A model generated the notes under the pieces. It searched no databases. It had not been told where the DNA came from and worked only from the letters and a program-made list of their open reading frames with translations. The position numbers were made by a program, and so were the translations under genes. A DNA stretch of 64,000 bases from Octopus sinensis. Taxonomy: Eukaryota. The stretch covers positions 1 through 64,000 of the forward strand of contig NW_021832531.1 in the NCBI RefSeq assembly GCF_006345805.1, written 5' to 3'. Positions 62,900-64,000 of this stretch are shown here, piece after piece (the first letter of the stretch is position 1; every line of letters begins with the position of its first letter).

Positions 62900-64000
62900 T
62901 TTAATATAGGTAATACAAAATGTCATTTTCTTGTTTTTTAATAATTTGGGCGAGTAGCTCCATCAATTGATTCATAATCATGAGTGTAATAGCTATGAGA
63001 CTTTCCACAAAATTTCGGACTATTTTCTTTAAAATTGTGATATAGTTGAGTATCACACAGTTCAGACGAATTTCATCCATTTCAATGAATTCGACGCAGT
63101 AAAATCAATTTATACTAAGTCGAAATTTTGCGTTGGCGCGTAAATGTAAAAGTAAATGTAATTTATTATTCTGATATGATTACTACTATCAAGATAGAAT
63201 GTAATTTTTTACTTTTCTGGATTTTATTCGACATTTTAAAATAATCTTACTTAGAAATTTAGTTGAAATCTTATTCTTATTGTAGTAAAAACGTTTTTTA
63301 AAGGCGATGATACCTCCCGTAATCAATTCAATTATCTTACCGTAGAACCTAATATCGGGTTGTTGTTATGTTCCAATAGCTTTTTAACTATTTGATATTA
63401 CTAAACTTTAAAGTTAACGTTGGACACTTTTATTACCGAATTGTAAAAAGTTATTTCCTATACTTCCTAAACGTAAGTCTAGGAAGTATCCGAAATATAA
63501 AAACGACTCTTTTAGTTTTTTTAATCGCTAAATGTTGAAAATTGTGATTGATCGGTATTTAAATATGTTCAACAATATATTCCAGATACCGAAGGCACCT
63601 AAAAAAGTCCATATCAGAACAATATCAACAAGATTTTGAATATTGTTTTCAAGGTAGATCATAATGATCATTTTAGATTATTTAAAGCATGAACGTGATC
63701 CGAGACTTCGTAAATTTATGAAAACGTCGGAATACATGTTCCGACATTTAAATCGAGTCCTGAAACAAGAATCTGATCCATCGGTAATTGTGATTTTTTT
63801 ATTATTTTTAGTGTCTTTCAGATTCTTCAGAAGATAGTGTACATGGTGATTCCAAGCATTACAAAGAAATGTACGACGAAAGATTAAAAGATGATTCAAG
63901 TGTGGTTGAATATGAACACGTTGAACAAGTTGCGAATACTGAAAACAACAAATATGAATCATCTCTTTGGAATGCATTTCCTATAAAAAATACAAAGATT
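62899..64000 (+). repeat. Near-identical duplicate of 58684-59784 (C-clamp gene copy 2, running off the window)
   Basis: Collinear over about 1.1 kb with only a few substitutions and 1-nt indels; this copy keeps the open frame at about 63950. Confidence 0.95.

Noticed and set aside
1-64000. tRNA, rRNA, snRNA or spliced-leader RNA genes; alternative genetic code
   Set aside because: No convincing cloverleaf, rRNA or snRNA signature was found by eye, and conserved genes end at TAA, TAG or TGA normally.

Overview
Compact, AT-rich eukaryotic (animal) genomic DNA, not prokaryotic. Almost every gene is split by very short (about 20-35 nt) spliceosomal introns, so the ORF track shows only fragments and antisense shadows. 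Tiny introns, the standard genetic code and animal-type genes (MRPL39, adhesion GPCR, DOCK-C, PQBP1, a C-clamp protein) best fit a dicyemid mesozoan; this taxon call is inference. Recognisable genes after manual splicing: PQBP1-like, POLR3K/RPC11, DOCK6/7/8-like, a Rac-like GTPase, TUFM, NT5C3, C6orf136-like, TMEM67, CNDP2, BRIX1, PRPF18, an adhesion GPCR, RTTN, MRPL39, ALAS, a penta-EF-hand protein, a DRAM/TMEM150-like gene, and a duplicated C-clamp gene. Mobile DNA is abundant: three TIR/TSD-bounded Buster-type hAT elements (one with its left end amplified 12 times), hAT and Tc1 remnants, TSD-bounded jockey/I-like and RTE LINEs, and three CRE-like RLE retrotransposon copies. Most interesting leads: CRE 3' ends directly upstream of both C-clamp gene copies; two GCATTAA-starting GC-AG introns in CNDP2; several stop-free 3n introns; an operon-like minus-strand run ALAS to RTTN; a divergent mitochondrial EF-Tu; an ALAS lacking its C-terminal extension; and an atypical Rac near a DOCK GEF. 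Several 1-nt homopolymer frameshifts suggest imperfect assembly polishing, so single-base claims need read confirmation. Gene boundaries were derived by hand and some starts are approximate.
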